From NCBI GenBank assembly GCA_944388695.1, contig CALXJT010000003.1, forward strand, positions 1 through 63,802: 63,802 nt of DNA, read 5' to 3'. The notes under the pieces were generated by a model that was given only the letters and a program-made list of their open reading frames with translations, was not told the origin of the DNA and did no database searches. This document shows, in pieces, positions 1-10,669 of the stretch. Made by a program: the position numbers and the translations under genes. Positions within the stretch are counted from its first letter, which is position 1; each line of letters opens with the position of its first letter. Origin of the DNA: an uncultured Clostridia bacterium. Its GTDB lineage: Bacteria > Bacillota > Clostridia > TANB77 > CAG-508.

Positions 1-73
1 ACTGTGAATCAATAGAATAACCATTATCTCTTTGGTCTTCTGTTGATACTCTTACATAAACTCCACATCTCAT
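1..73 (-). CDS. serine recombinase (resolvase catalytic domain), first 24 codons only; continues off the left edge
   Basis: ATG at 71-73 with AAGGAGG 7 nt upstream. Translation MRCGVYVRVSTEDQRDNGYSIDSQ carries the Y-x-R-x-S-T-x-x-Q active-site motif of serine recombinases. Confidence 0.6.
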   Translation of the reverse strand, partial: MRCGVYVRVSTEDQRDNGYSIDSQ

Positions 74-242
74 AAAATATCCTCCTTCATATGTTTCCTA
101 TCTAAAAAGCGTTTTTGCAAGTCAAATTTTAAAATTTATAATTTATATTCCTTGAAAGGATTTTCTTAAATTAATGTATTTAAAATTTGACAAAAGATTT
201 GTTCCTTACTTGTTTCCTGAATTGAATGGCATAATATGAAGG

Positions 243-527
243 CTAAATTTTCAATTTTATAAGAATTTGTTTAACTTCTTTGAGATTATATTTCTGCTGA
301 TATTCCTTAATATAGAATGGTTTACTAGATATTTCATTTGCTTTGTACTCTAGTATTGTAAGAGTTATTGGATATGTAATTAGATATTCAGTAGGCTCTA
401 TAAATTGTAAATTTGTAGCTATTAAATGCTTAATCTTTCCGTTCTTAATTGTGTAATTATAATTTTTAATAATTTCCAATAATTCCTCATTAGGTTTTAA
501 TTCTTGTATTATCTTAAATTTAAGCAT
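243..527 (-). CDS. hypothetical protein (94 aa)
   Basis: Open frame with GGAGGA-like RBS (rc of 536-541); no recognisable domain. Confidence 0.4.
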   Translation of the reverse strand: MLKFKIIQELKPNEELLEIIKNYNYTIKNGKIKHLIATNLQFIEPTEYLITYPITLTILEYKANEISSKPFYIKEYQQKYNLKEVKQILIKLKI

Positions 528-879
528 TAAAAATGTCCTCCTTTCCAGAAAGAGAACATATTAGTTTTATACGAAAAAACAACCTACCAACCTTATAGTT
601 CGTAAGTTGTTATAATTTGGAGCGAACGTCGTAGTTATCTACAACTTTTCTCTTAACGATTGATACAAATATCAATCAATTGATTAAAGTATATCATATT
701 TTTTATGAATTGCAATAATTTTATAAAACTTTTGACGAGATTGACATAATATGATATAATATATTATATATGGAGAAATCCATTTCAAATATATTTAATG
801 CAGCTCCATCTATTATTATTAGATGTTAACATATATTTCAAAGCAACAGTCAAATGACTTATAATAGGAGGAAAAGGAT

Positions 880-1245
880 ATGACAGATAATAAAAAATTT
901 TTTGATATGAAAGCAACTGAAGCTGGATTTGACTTGAATGATTCAGATGAACGGGAGTTTGTAGGTGCATTACACAAATTAGTTTATGATGTAATTCATG
1001 GAGAAGATATTCAAGCCCAAATTGACGATATGGTATCTTGTACATTTTATACATTTTCTGAAGCAGTAGATGAGGTAACTGAGAATTTGAGTAATGAGTA
1101 TTTTAGATATACTCACGATGAAGAATGTTTTATTCTTTTTAGTATTGAGTGTGAATTCTCATTTCAAGTTGCATATTTATTAAACCAGTTTGGAATTGAG
1201 CTTGTGTATCGGAACGGAGATTATCGAGTTTATATCAAAAAATAG
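880..1245 (+). CDS. hypothetical acidic protein (121 aa), mobile-element context
   Basis: ATG preceded by AGGAGGAAAAGGAT and followed by a hairpin terminator (about 1253-1310). Uses two in-frame CGG codons (952-954, 1210-1212). Confidence 0.45.
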   Translation: MTDNKKFFDMKATEAGFDLNDSDEREFVGALHKLVYDVIHGEDIQAQIDDMVSCTFYTFSEAVDEVTENLSNEYFRYTHDEECFILFSIECEFSFQVAYLLNQFGIELVYRNGDYRVYIKK

Positions 1246-1729
1246 CACTGACTTACCACTAATTAAGATATACAATATGATATATTTTAATTGGTGGTGG
1301 TCTTTTATTTTACAAATGTTACAAAAATTTTATTTTTTGAAAATCGTTTGACAAATTCATTTTTTCGTAGTAAGATATAAATAGCTTAAAAATTTGACTA
1401 AAGTTCTGCAGAAGTCATATAGTTAGAAAGAGGTGCAATGGAAGAAGGCATCTCTTTTGTTTTGTATAAAAATAAAGGAATAGCAAATGGAAGTTACTAT
1501 CCCTTTATGATTAGTTATGTACTAATCCCTGCTCTGACCATTCTGTCCATTAGCTTTTTCTGATTGTTGTTTCTTTTCAAATTCAATAAGCATTTCAACT
1601 AATTTCAAGATTAGTTCTGCATTGGTCATATAGCTTCACCCCATTCAAAAAGATTTCCTTTATGAAAAGGATGTTTACATTATACTCTGTTTTACACCAA
1701 AAAAACAAGCGAACATTGTAATTTCTTAC

Positions 1730-1963
1730 TTATTTTTCCAATTTTATTGAATTAAATAAATATAAAGCTACTTGATTTTGTCCCTGATTATCATAATCTC
1801 TTAAATTGTGTTTATTAACATCTGATAAATCTTTCGCATTTTGAATTGCATTATTAGATAAGGAAGTAGTACCAGATACAATCTCTTTTGCAACTTTCTT
1901 TGCTAATTTACTTTTATTTTTATTACTACCTAAGTGAAAATAATATGCTAATTCTTGCTCCAT
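1730..1963 (-). CDS. hypothetical protein (77 aa from the internal ATG)
   Basis: The track ORF 1730..2044 has a strong AAAGGAGGG RBS 4 nt upstream of the ATG at 1961-1963 (MEQELAYYFHL...). The longer N-terminus has no RBS. Confidence 0.4.
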   Translation of the reverse strand: MEQELAYYFHLGSNKNKSKLAKKVAKEIVSGTTSLSNNAIQNAKDLSDVNKHNLRDYDNQGQNQVALYLFNSIKLEK

Positions 1964-2198
1964 AAAATCCCTCCTTTGAATTTTCTTCGTAGCATAGGAC
2001 TTTGGCTTTGCCATAAGTCCTAACCCGTTATGACATACTATCATAACTCGGGGGCTCTGCGAGGCATAAATTAACTATCACCACTTTCATTTTTACTAAA
2101 GTAAAAACAAAACGTGCCACGTTAACTTGTTTCTTCAGCATTTTCTTCGCAAAATTTTACTGGCTTAACACCTACTGAAATAGGAGTAGTATCTTTTA

Positions 2199-2657
<459 letters not shown>

Positions 2658-2870
2658 TCAAACCTCCAATCTAACAAAAAAGAAATATAAACATCATTAG
2701 AATAATTGAAAACTAGAAAAGTAATATTTTTAATAATCACTCTATGTGGCTCAATATATGTAAGATTTTCCATATAGAATTAGGATGATTTTTTACAAAA
2801 GAAAAAATCAACCATTTTACTGATTGATTTTCATATCACTGTTCTAAAAAAGTTCGAACAGAAACGTCAT

Positions 2871-2946
2871 TGGAGCCAATAAGCAGAATCGAACTGCTGA
2901 CCTACGGGTTACGAATCCGTTGCTCTACCAACTGAGCTATATTGGC
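2871..2946 (-). tRNA. tRNA-Thr (anticodon CGT)
   Basis: Minus-strand cloverleaf GCCAATA-TA-GCTC-AGTTGGTA-GAGC...ACGGA-TTCGTAA-CCCGT...AGCAG-TTCGATT-CTGCT-TATTGGC-T-CCA. Anticodon loop TT-CGT-AA; CCA is encoded. Confidence 0.85.
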
Positions 2947-3014
2947 ATATTTGTGGTATAACAATATATATTATACCACATTTTTATTTTTTTTCATCTA
3001 TTTTAATGAATTTT

Positions 3015-4097
3015 TTATTCAGTTATTTCTACATCCATATTTTCATATAATGGAATTATAAAGTTTAAATTACTATCTACTGTTTCAGAAGCTTTATATA
3101 TTTCTAACATATTGTTAGCTTCTGATTCTGGCGCTAATAGATTTTGCATATATTGATTTGTATAAAGACTTCCGTCACTATTAACAATATCAAATTTTTG
3201 GAGATATAGTGTATTTTGCCCTCTATCTATATATCCCTTTTTCACGAATTCTACTCCACCAATTAATCCTTTTTCTAATGTGTCCCATCCTTGTTCATAT
3301 GCATATTGAGCTGCATTTTGTATTATTTCTTCGCTTGAATTTCCTGTTGCATTTATGTTAAATGGATTGTATATTGTTTTATCATTATATTCATATCCTA
3401 GTGATAGAACTGTTCCTTTTCTTCCTTGTTCTTGAATTAATCTTGAAGTAATGAAATACGGGTCTACATTTGCTTTCTTTCCTGCTTCTATAAGTGCTTG
3501 TGATATGTTATCTCCTTGAAGAAATGTATTTTCTGTTATTGATTTTATTCCATCTACTGTGTGTGCACCTTCTGTATATCTTAATTCTAAAAATTGAAAT
3601 ATATTTTCATCATTTAGGATGTTTCTTGGATCCATTTGGTTTTTTATTGCCTTGTCTGAAGCACATAGCCATGTTCCATTATCAAATGTCTTATCTTTGT
3701 CTATTTCACATTTCCAGTCTTCTGGATATTTACTAGAATCTGGTATTAAGTTTAATGGGGATATTCTTTCATCAGAATGTCCCTCATTTTTTATTACATC
3801 ATTCCAATCTAATTTTGTGTAAAATAATGTAAAAGTCCAATTTGGATGATTTTCCTTTAAATTATCAATTAATTCTTTATATCCAGGATATTTGTCCTCA
3901 TTTAAATTTTTTCCATCATATATTACATATTTTTGTTTATCTTTATTGCTTTCTATATATGAAAATACTAAAGCTATTATTATTATACATATTAGTACAC
4001 ATATCATAATTATTGTTATTTTTGGATTTTCTTTTATTAAGTTTTTTACATTTATTATAAAGTTTTTTACTGTTTTTCTTATTTTATATGTATTCAT
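3015..4097 (-). CDS. membrane-anchored N-acetylglucosaminidase-like cell-wall hydrolase (GH73-type domain)
   Basis: N-terminal TM helix. C-terminal region FITSRLIQEQGRKG...NPFNINATGNS...QNTLYLQKFD resembles the mannosyl-glycoprotein endo-beta-N-acetylglucosaminidase family. Paralogous to 5743..7272. Confidence 0.7.
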   Translation of the reverse strand: MNTYKIRKTVKNFIINVKNLIKENPKITIIMICVLICIIIIALVFSYIESNKDKQKYVIYDGKNLNEDKYPGYKELIDNLKENHPNWTFTLFYTKLDWNDVIKNEGHSDERISPLNLIPDSSKYPEDWKCEIDKDKTFDNGTWLCASDKAIKNQMDPRNILNDENIFQFLELRYTEGAHTVDGIKSITENTFLQGDNISQALIEAGKKANVDPYFITSRLIQEQGRKGTVLSLGYEYNDKTIYNPFNINATGNSSEEIIQNAAQYAYEQGWDTLEKGLIGGVEFVKKGYIDRGQNTLYLQKFDIVNSDGSLYTNQYMQNLLAPESEANNMLEIYKASETVDSNLNFIIPLYENMDVEITE

Positions 4098-5729
4098 CTA
4101 TTTTTTAAATCTCTTTCCTTTACTATGTCTTTTTCTACTTGGTTTTTCATCAAAATCTTCCATTGTTTCAAATGATTGATTTAAATATTCTTCTCTTAAT
4201 TTAGCTTTTTCATCTTTTTCTTCATCTACTGTTGATGTAAATTCAGGCATTTTATTTCTTTCTGTATTATTATCTTCTTTTATGTTGTTTTGCTCTATTG
4301 ATGCGTTTTCATTTCCAACACTATAGTTGTCTTGAATTACTGGTATATCTTTAGTGCTTTCTAAATCTGCATTTTCTTTATGTAAAAATTTATTTGTTAT
4401 TTTTTGATATGAATCATCATCATCTGAATAAGTATCATCATAATTATTTTCATCATCATATTGATTCATATTCATAAATGGAACTGTATATTCTTCTGCT
4501 AATTTTTTATTTCTTCTATGTCGAATAATAATTATTATTGCTATTATAATTATTGCTGCTACTACTGCTGATATTATAATGATTTTTCTTTGCTTTTCTT
4601 GTTCTTCAATTTCTCTTTGTTTTGCTAGTGCTTCTTCATCTACTAGACTTTTTGTCACCTTTATTTGATATGCTACTGTTTCATCTCCTGATTCATTTGT
4701 TACTAATATTGTTACTATATTTTCTCCTTCTTGTAAATTTTCATTTCCTGTTATTTCTACTTTTGCATTTTCAGCTGTCGTTGATGTATTTAGTTTTAAA
4801 CTTGTTGCTTCTCCTATTAATTTAGCAGTGTATTCATATACATCTGTTTTGAATTCTGGTGAAAGTGTTATTCCTTCTATTGATAATTCTTTTAATCCAA
4901 ATTCTGTATTTTCTTCCTCTACTTGTTCTCCATTCTCTGTATTCTCTGGGTTTTCTGTATTTTCTGTGTTTTCTGTTTCTTCTGGAGTTTCAGTATCTGA
5001 TTTTGCTTCTCTATTTATTGTAAGTGTGTATGTTTTTTTTGTTTTTCCGTCTTCTGCTGTTACTACTACTTTAAATGTATTTGCTCCCTCTTGTAAAGTT
5101 TTATTTCCTGTACCAGAGATACTTTGACCACTTTGTCCTTTACTTGCATATATTTCTACTGATGATACATCATTTGGTACTGTTACTGTATATGATGTTG
5201 TTCCTGGCTTAAATCCTGAAAAATCATTTGGTCTAATTCCAAGATTGCTTAAGTTTGCATTACTTGATTTTGTAGTACTTGTACTTCCATTTGAACTTGT
5301 TCCTCCAGAATTACTTGAACCTCCGGAATTACTTGTTCCCCCAGATGAACCTGTTCCACTAGATGAATTTGCAACTGTAATTGTTCCTGCTGTTGCTCCT
5401 GAATATGGATCTGATGTTGTAGAATCTGCCATATCTGCTGCAGTTGCTGTAATTCTTATTGAACCAGTCCCTGTAATTGTTGCTGTTACACTTGTTGAGT
5501 TATTATCTACCCATACACTATTTTGAGATAGTGTGGCATTTCCAGATACGCTTAAATTTACTTTTCCTGTTACCCCACTTCCTGTTACTGTTACAGTTAC
5601 TGTGTCTCCAACATTTGCTGTTGATTTAGAAAATGCTATTACTAAACCTGCTGCTTCTGACTTTGGTGCTAATGCAAATAATACTATTAAAAATATCATT
5701 ATATATGCTAAATTTTTTATTTTACTCAT
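4098..5729 (-). CDS. surface protein with signal peptide, Ig-like and cadherin-like beta-sandwich repeats, C-terminal TM helix and acidic cytoplasmic tail
   Basis: Signal peptide MSKIKNLAYIMIFLIVLFALAPKSEA; Ser/Gly-rich linker; two SNANLSNLGI.../LKELSIEGITLSPEF...YEYT modules typical of cadherin-like beta-sandwich domains; TM segment IIIISAVVAAIIIIAIIIII. Confidence 0.6.
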   Translation of the reverse strand: MSKIKNLAYIMIFLIVLFALAPKSEAAGLVIAFSKSTANVGDTVTVTVTGSGVTGKVNLSVSGNATLSQNSVWVDNNSTSVTATITGTGSIRITATAADMADSTTSDPYSGATAGTITVANSSSGTGSSGGTSNSGGSSNSGGTSSNGSTSTTKSSNANLSNLGIRPNDFSGFKPGTTSYTVTVPNDVSSVEIYASKGQSGQSISGTGNKTLQEGANTFKVVVTAEDGKTKKTYTLTINREAKSDTETPEETENTENTENPENTENGEQVEEENTEFGLKELSIEGITLSPEFKTDVYEYTAKLIGEATSLKLNTSTTAENAKVEITGNENLQEGENIVTILVTNESGDETVAYQIKVTKSLVDEEALAKQREIEEQEKQRKIIIISAVVAAIIIIAIIIIIRHRRNKKLAEEYTVPFMNMNQYDDENNYDDTYSDDDDSYQKITNKFLHKENADLESTKDIPVIQDNYSVGNENASIEQNNIKEDNNTERNKMPEFTSTVDEEKDEKAKLREEYLNQSFETMEDFDEKPSRKRHSKGKRFKK

Positions 5730-5742
5730 AATTTTCTCCTTT

Positions 5743-7272
5743 TTATAGAGAACTTATTGTTCCCATTATGTAATTTTTTATCATAACATAGTCACTAGAT
5801 GTTACTCTTCCATCATGATTTGCGTCTGCTGCTTTTTGTTGTCTTTCATCTAGGTTAACTGTTCCCATTATACTATTTTTTATTAAAACATAGTCACTAG
5901 ATGTTATTCTTCCATCGTTGTTTACATCACCATTAGTTATACTTGGCTCTTCTGTTCCTCCTGAATTTTCGTTTCCACCAGAACCTGTATTTCCTCCTGT
6001 GCCTGCTCCTGTATCTACTGGTACAAGATATAGTTTATATGGTGATTCATCGTCATATGTTTCTCTTGCTGCATATCCTATAGTTCCATTTGATTTTCTT
6101 ACTTTATCCCAATATGTTCCTGCTACTTTTTCTGTTGCCTTTTCTAGCCTTGTTACGATTTCATCTTTTCTTAATGTTCCTACTGTAGTTCCTCCATTAG
6201 GTGCATTTCTTAATCTTAAGGTACTTTCAACATTTACTCTTACTATATCTGAACTTACTGTTGCATTTCCTGAACCATCTGGTCTAGGTGATGCTTGTGC
6301 TGGCATGTTTTTATATACTGGTATTATAAATGTATGTGATGAAGCCATTGAATTTGTCTCAATATATGTATTTCTTAATGTTGTTCCTTCTGATTGTGCT
6401 GCTAAAATATTTTGTTGATATTGATGAACATATGGTCCATTTGAGCTTGTTGTTACATTGAATTTTTGTAAATATAATGTATTTTGACCATTTTTTATAT
6501 AATTATCTGCAACGAAGCTTATCCCACCTTGGATTGATGCTTCTAATGTAGTCCAACCCATTTTTTGTGCATATGCTAATCCATTTGCTATTACTTCTGC
6601 TTCTGTATTTCCTGTTGCAGCAATATTGAATGCATTATAATATCCTGAAGCGCCAGAGACTAATACTGAACCATCTCTTCCCTGTTCTTGAATTAATCTT
6701 GCTACTATATAATATCCGTTTACTCCATAACTATTCGCTGTATCTACAATTCCTTGTTCATGTCCTTGTAAAAATGTTCCTTGAGTCATACTTCTTACTG
6801 TATTTATATCACATCCTGGATTTGTTAGTTCTTCAAATTGAAAGATATCTGATGAATTTAATGAATTTCTTGGATCCATCATATATGCTATTGCTTCTTC
6901 TGATGCACATCTCCAACTACCATTATCATATGGTCTATTTCCACAAATTGGACAAATCCATGCACCTTTATAATTATTTGAATATTGTACTAAATTTTTA
7001 GGACTTCCTCCATGTCCTTGATATTCTCCTGCAATTACATCATTCCATTCTAAATCTGTATATAAGATTTTAAAATTCCAGTTTGGATATTGCGATTGTA
7101 ATGTTTGAATCATACTTTTTATCCCTGGATATTGAGAGTCATCTAAACTATTTATATCTGAACTAATTGTTTGTGAAATTGCCTGAACTTCTTTTTCTCC
7201 TAATATAAGAAAAATAGATGTTAGCAATATAAAAATCAATATGAGTGAAATTAGCTTTTTTAAATTCTCCAT
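5743..7272 (-). CDS. secreted GH73-type glucosaminidase with SH3b-like domain and C-terminal type I dockerin
   Basis: Signal peptide; ARLIQEQGRDG...NAFNIAATGNT...QNTLYLQKFN glucosaminidase region; SH3b-like segment (RLRNAPNGGTTVGTL...YWDKV). Duplicated dockerin F-hand: GDVNNDGRITSSDYVLIKNSIMG and ADANHDGRVTSSDYVMIKNYIMG. Confidence 0.75.
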   Translation of the reverse strand: MENLKKLISLILIFILLTSIFLILGEKEVQAISQTISSDINSLDDSQYPGIKSMIQTLQSQYPNWNFKILYTDLEWNDVIAGEYQGHGGSPKNLVQYSNNYKGAWICPICGNRPYDNGSWRCASEEAIAYMMDPRNSLNSSDIFQFEELTNPGCDINTVRSMTQGTFLQGHEQGIVDTANSYGVNGYYIVARLIQEQGRDGSVLVSGASGYYNAFNIAATGNTEAEVIANGLAYAQKMGWTTLEASIQGGISFVADNYIKNGQNTLYLQKFNVTTSSNGPYVHQYQQNILAAQSEGTTLRNTYIETNSMASSHTFIIPVYKNMPAQASPRPDGSGNATVSSDIVRVNVESTLRLRNAPNGGTTVGTLRKDEIVTRLEKATEKVAGTYWDKVRKSNGTIGYAARETYDDESPYKLYLVPVDTGAGTGGNTGSGGNENSGGTEEPSITNGDVNNDGRITSSDYVLIKNSIMGTVNLDERQQKAADANHDGRVTSSDYVMIKNYIMGTISSL

Positions 7273-7446
7273 TTTTTCTCTATTTCCTCCTACTTCTTTA
7301 GTTTTCTAATAAATTCTCTAGTTACATTTTTTGCGTTTTTTTGACATTCTCATTATATCATTTGTGTTTTTTTTCGTCAATATTTTCTTTTTATTTTTAT
7401 TGTGATATAATGTAGTAAACTTATGAATATAAAAGGAGACGTTCTT

Positions 7447-10002
7447 ATGGTAGATTTACTTTCACCTGTTGGTGATTTTAATTGTTTAAAAGCTGCTGTC
7501 CAAAATGGTGCAGACAGTGTTTATTTTGGTGCTTCTAGCTTTAGTGCCAGAGCTTTTGCCTCTAATTTTGATAAGGATACTTTAAAAGAGGCTATTTGTT
7601 ATGCTAAATTACGTGGCGTAAAAACTAATTTAACTTTAAATACTTTAATTAAGGACTCTGAATTTGATGAAGCATTTGAATTAGCAAGTTTTGCCTATGA
7701 ATCTGGTATTGATGCTATTATTGTTCAAGATTTAGGGCTTGCGAGAAAATTAATTAAAGCTTTTCCTGATTTACCTATTCATGGAAGTACTCAAATGACT
7801 GTGCATAATTTAAACGGTGCTTTGGAATTAGAAAAATTAGGATTTAAAAGAGTTGTTCTTTCAAGAGAATTATCTCTTAATGAAATTGCTTATATTTGTA
7901 AGAACACATCTATTGAAATTGAAACTTTTATACATGGCGCTTTATGTATTTCATATTCTGGTCAATGTTTATTTTCTAGTATGCTTGGCGGTCGTTCTGG
8001 AAATCGTGGTAAATGTGCTCAAACATGTCGACTTCCTTTTAAATTACTAGAAAATAATAAAAAAATAGATGAAGGTTATTTATTAAGTACTCGTGACCTT
8101 TGTACCTTGGATTTTATTCCTGATTTAATTAATGCAGGTATTGATTGCTTAAAAATAGAAGGTAGAATGAAAAATCCAGAATATGTTGCAATTGTCACTA
8201 AAATTTATAGAAAATATATAGATTTAGCTTTGTCAGATTCTCCTTATGTTGTTGAGGAATCTGATAGAAAAGATTTGCTTCAAGTATTTAATCGTGGTAT
8301 GTCTTCACCAGGTCATTTACAAAAAAGTGCTAATAGAAATCTTGTGTTTAAAGATAAGCCTAATAATATGGGATTATTTTTGGGTAAGATACAAAAATAT
8401 GATGCTAAAAAAGGTCATATATCTGTAAAATTGAATGAACCAATTTCTATAGGAGATACAATTTCTTTGCCTCAAGAAACAAAATTATATACTATTTCTG
8501 AATTGATGGATGTAAATGGTAAAAATATTGATTCATCTTCTGTTTCTCAAACAGTTATTTTAGGAAGAATTAAAGGAAAAATTACTTTAGGTGATTCTGT
8601 ATATAAAATGTCTTCGAAAAATTTGATTAATCGTGCTAAAGAAAGTATTTTGAAAGAAAACAAAAAAATACCATTAAGTGCTCATATAACTATTAAGAAG
8701 AATTCACCTATTAAAATATCTATTTCTTCGTTAAGTAATTTTCCTATTTATAAAAATTTAGAGGTGGAATATACTTCATCTGTTATTCCAGAAATTGCAA
8801 TAAATCGTCCTATTGATGAGGATTCTGTTATTAAGCAAATTAATAAAACTAATGATACTCCATATAAATTCGAAAAAATTACTGTTACTCTTGATGATGG
8901 ATTATTTTTACCTAAAATTAGTTACTTAAATGATTTAAGAAGAATTGTTTTAGAAAAATTAACAACTACTGCTATTAAAAATATTTCAAGGAACTTGCCT
9001 AAAGATTTATTTAATACGAATAATCAGAAAGAAATAGGTTTATTATTTAATGATAATTCTTCTATACAAGGTCTTGATGATGATTTGATAAATTCTAATA
9101 ATGTAGTAGATGATTCATCTGTAAATCTTATTGATAGTAATAATGAAGATTTATTAAATGTTTCGGATAATATGAATGAAACTAGTGCAAATATATCTTT
9201 ACTTTTAAATATACTTAATCCTCAATATGATTATTCAAAATTATCTGATGTGAAAAACATTTATATACCATTAAAATTTTTTGTAAATAAAGATTATAGC
9301 TCTATAATTAATATTCTAGATAAAAAAGCTAATTTATACATATATTTGCCTACTATAATACAATCAAATTATAAGAATTTATTATATTCTAATATAGAGC
9401 AAACTTTGTCAAAATTTAATATTAATGGTTTTGTAATCTCAAATATATGTAATTTTAAATTACTTGGAGATTTATCAAATAAGTTTGATAAAAAACTTGA
9501 AATTATTTGTAATTATACTTTTAATGTTTTTAATGAATATACTATTTCAGAATTAAAAGATTTAGGAGCTATTAGATATACAATTTCGCCAGAACTTGAT
9601 AGAAAAACTATTATATCCTTATTAAAAAATGAAATTTTAGATACTGAATTAATTGTTTATGGTAGAACTCCTTTGCTTAATATGAATTATTGCTTACTTG
9701 GTCAAACTGATAAGTGCTATCCTACATGTATGCAAAAATGTCAAACAGATAATAAGTATTACTTACAAGACCGATTAAATATGAAGTTTAGGATATTGCC
9801 AGACCCTATTCAGACAGTAACAACAATATATAATAGTAAAATATTTTCTTGTAAAATAAATGCATTTGATATTGATTTTGCTAGAATTGATATTTTGGAT
9901 GAAAATATTTTTGAAATAAATAAGATAATAGATACTGTTAAATCTTCGAAAAGGTTTGAAGGAAAAGATTTTACTAATGGAAATCTTAATAGGATAGTTT
10001 AG
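7447..10002 (+). CDS. U32 family peptidase (long form)
   Basis: LLSPVGDFNCLKAAVQNGADSVYFG... and E-G-R-M-K motif region (LKIEGRMKNPEYV) with Cys-rich GQCLFSS...CAQTCR, typical of peptidase U32. Start moved to the ATG at 7447, behind AAGGAG. Confidence 0.8.
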   Translation: MVDLLSPVGDFNCLKAAVQNGADSVYFGASSFSARAFASNFDKDTLKEAICYAKLRGVKTNLTLNTLIKDSEFDEAFELASFAYESGIDAIIVQDLGLARKLIKAFPDLPIHGSTQMTVHNLNGALELEKLGFKRVVLSRELSLNEIAYICKNTSIEIETFIHGALCISYSGQCLFSSMLGGRSGNRGKCAQTCRLPFKLLENNKKIDEGYLLSTRDLCTLDFIPDLINAGIDCLKIEGRMKNPEYVAIVTKIYRKYIDLALSDSPYVVEESDRKDLLQVFNRGMSSPGHLQKSANRNLVFKDKPNNMGLFLGKIQKYDAKKGHISVKLNEPISIGDTISLPQETKLYTISELMDVNGKNIDSSSVSQTVILGRIKGKITLGDSVYKMSSKNLINRAKESILKENKKIPLSAHITIKKNSPIKISISSLSNFPIYKNLEVEYTSSVIPEIAINRPIDEDSVIKQINKTNDTPYKFEKITVTLDDGLFLPKISYLNDLRRIVLEKLTTTAIKNISRNLPKDLFNTNNQKEIGLLFNDNSSIQGLDDDLINSNNVVDDSSVNLIDSNNEDLLNVSDNMNETSANISLLLNILNPQYDYSKLSDVKNIYIPLKFFVNKDYSSIINILDKKANLYIYLPTIIQSNYKNLLYSNIEQTLSKFNINGFVISNICNFKLLGDLSNKFDKKLEIICNYTFNVFNEYTISELKDLGAIRYTISPELDRKTIISLLKNEILDTELIVYGRTPLLNMNYCLLGQTDKCYPTCMQKCQTDNKYYLQDRLNMKFRILPDPIQTVTTIYNSKIFSCKINAFDIDFARIDILDENIFEINKIIDTVKSSKRFEGKDFTNGNLNRIV

Positions 10003-10243
10003 TTAGTGTAAGAATGTATGTGTGCGATTTCTTATTGTTTTCTATCTTTTCTATTATTTTATAAAATAAGAGGATATCTATAGTTTATTCTTTGATGAAT
10101 TAATTTAGGAATCTGAATAAAAATTGGTTAAGTAAAAATTTAAAATTTTATAAAAATGGGTTATTTAAAACAGAGGTTATAATAATGTTGAGGTGATAAA
10201 ATATACTGAATTCAAAAAATCTCAACATTTTCTTGTAAAAAAT

Positions 10244-10279
10244 AATGGAAGAGTCTCAACTATTTGTGATTCTTCCATT
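10244..10279 (-). terminator. rho-independent terminator downstream of the RNHCP gene (also faces the U32 gene)
   Basis: Inverted repeat AATGGAAGA (10244-10252) / TCTTCCATT (10271-10279), followed by a T-run when read on the minus strand. Confidence 0.5.
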
Positions 10280-10303
10280 ATTTCTATTTACTAATTACTA
10301 AAA

Positions 10304-10624
10304 CTAATTAAATACCTGCCTACTACTAAGTTCTATAATTAAGTCCATATTATCATCAGTCGCAGCCTTGTTTTTTCTTATTGTTCCACATTTCTTACAT
10401 TTATATATAATTACATATCCTTTTTTTGGATTCATCTCAACACTAATAGGTTCTAAAGCTCCTTGGCACTCTTCTGCTCTATCACCTGGATTTTTATCTA
10501 CATGTTTAGAGTATAAGCAATATGGGCAATGGTCTCTACATGTATATCCTAATTTTTTTACTTCTTTCCCGCAATTTTCACAAATGAATTCCTCATCTAT
10601 TTTTGTAAATTTTTTCTGTTCCAT
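10304..10624 (-). CDS. RNHCP domain-containing zinc-ribbon protein
   Basis: CENCGKEV...CRDHCPYCLYSKHVD...CKKCG pattern matches the RNHCP domain family. Confidence 0.7.
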   Translation of the reverse strand: MEQKKFTKIDEEFICENCGKEVKKLGYTCRDHCPYCLYSKHVDKNPGDRAEECQGALEPISVEMNPKKGYVIIYKCKKCGTIRKNKAATDDNMDLIIELSSRQVFN

Positions 10625-10669
10625 TTTCTTACCTATCTTTCTACTAATATTACAATTTTAAAGTAATTA

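Noticed and set aside
4098-5729. The N-terminal beta-rich module of the surface protein as a cohesin partner for the adjacent dockerin.
   Set aside because: The module is about 95 aa and looks Ig/Big-like rather than a roughly 140-aa cohesin. Kept only as a speculative test within the dockerin finding.
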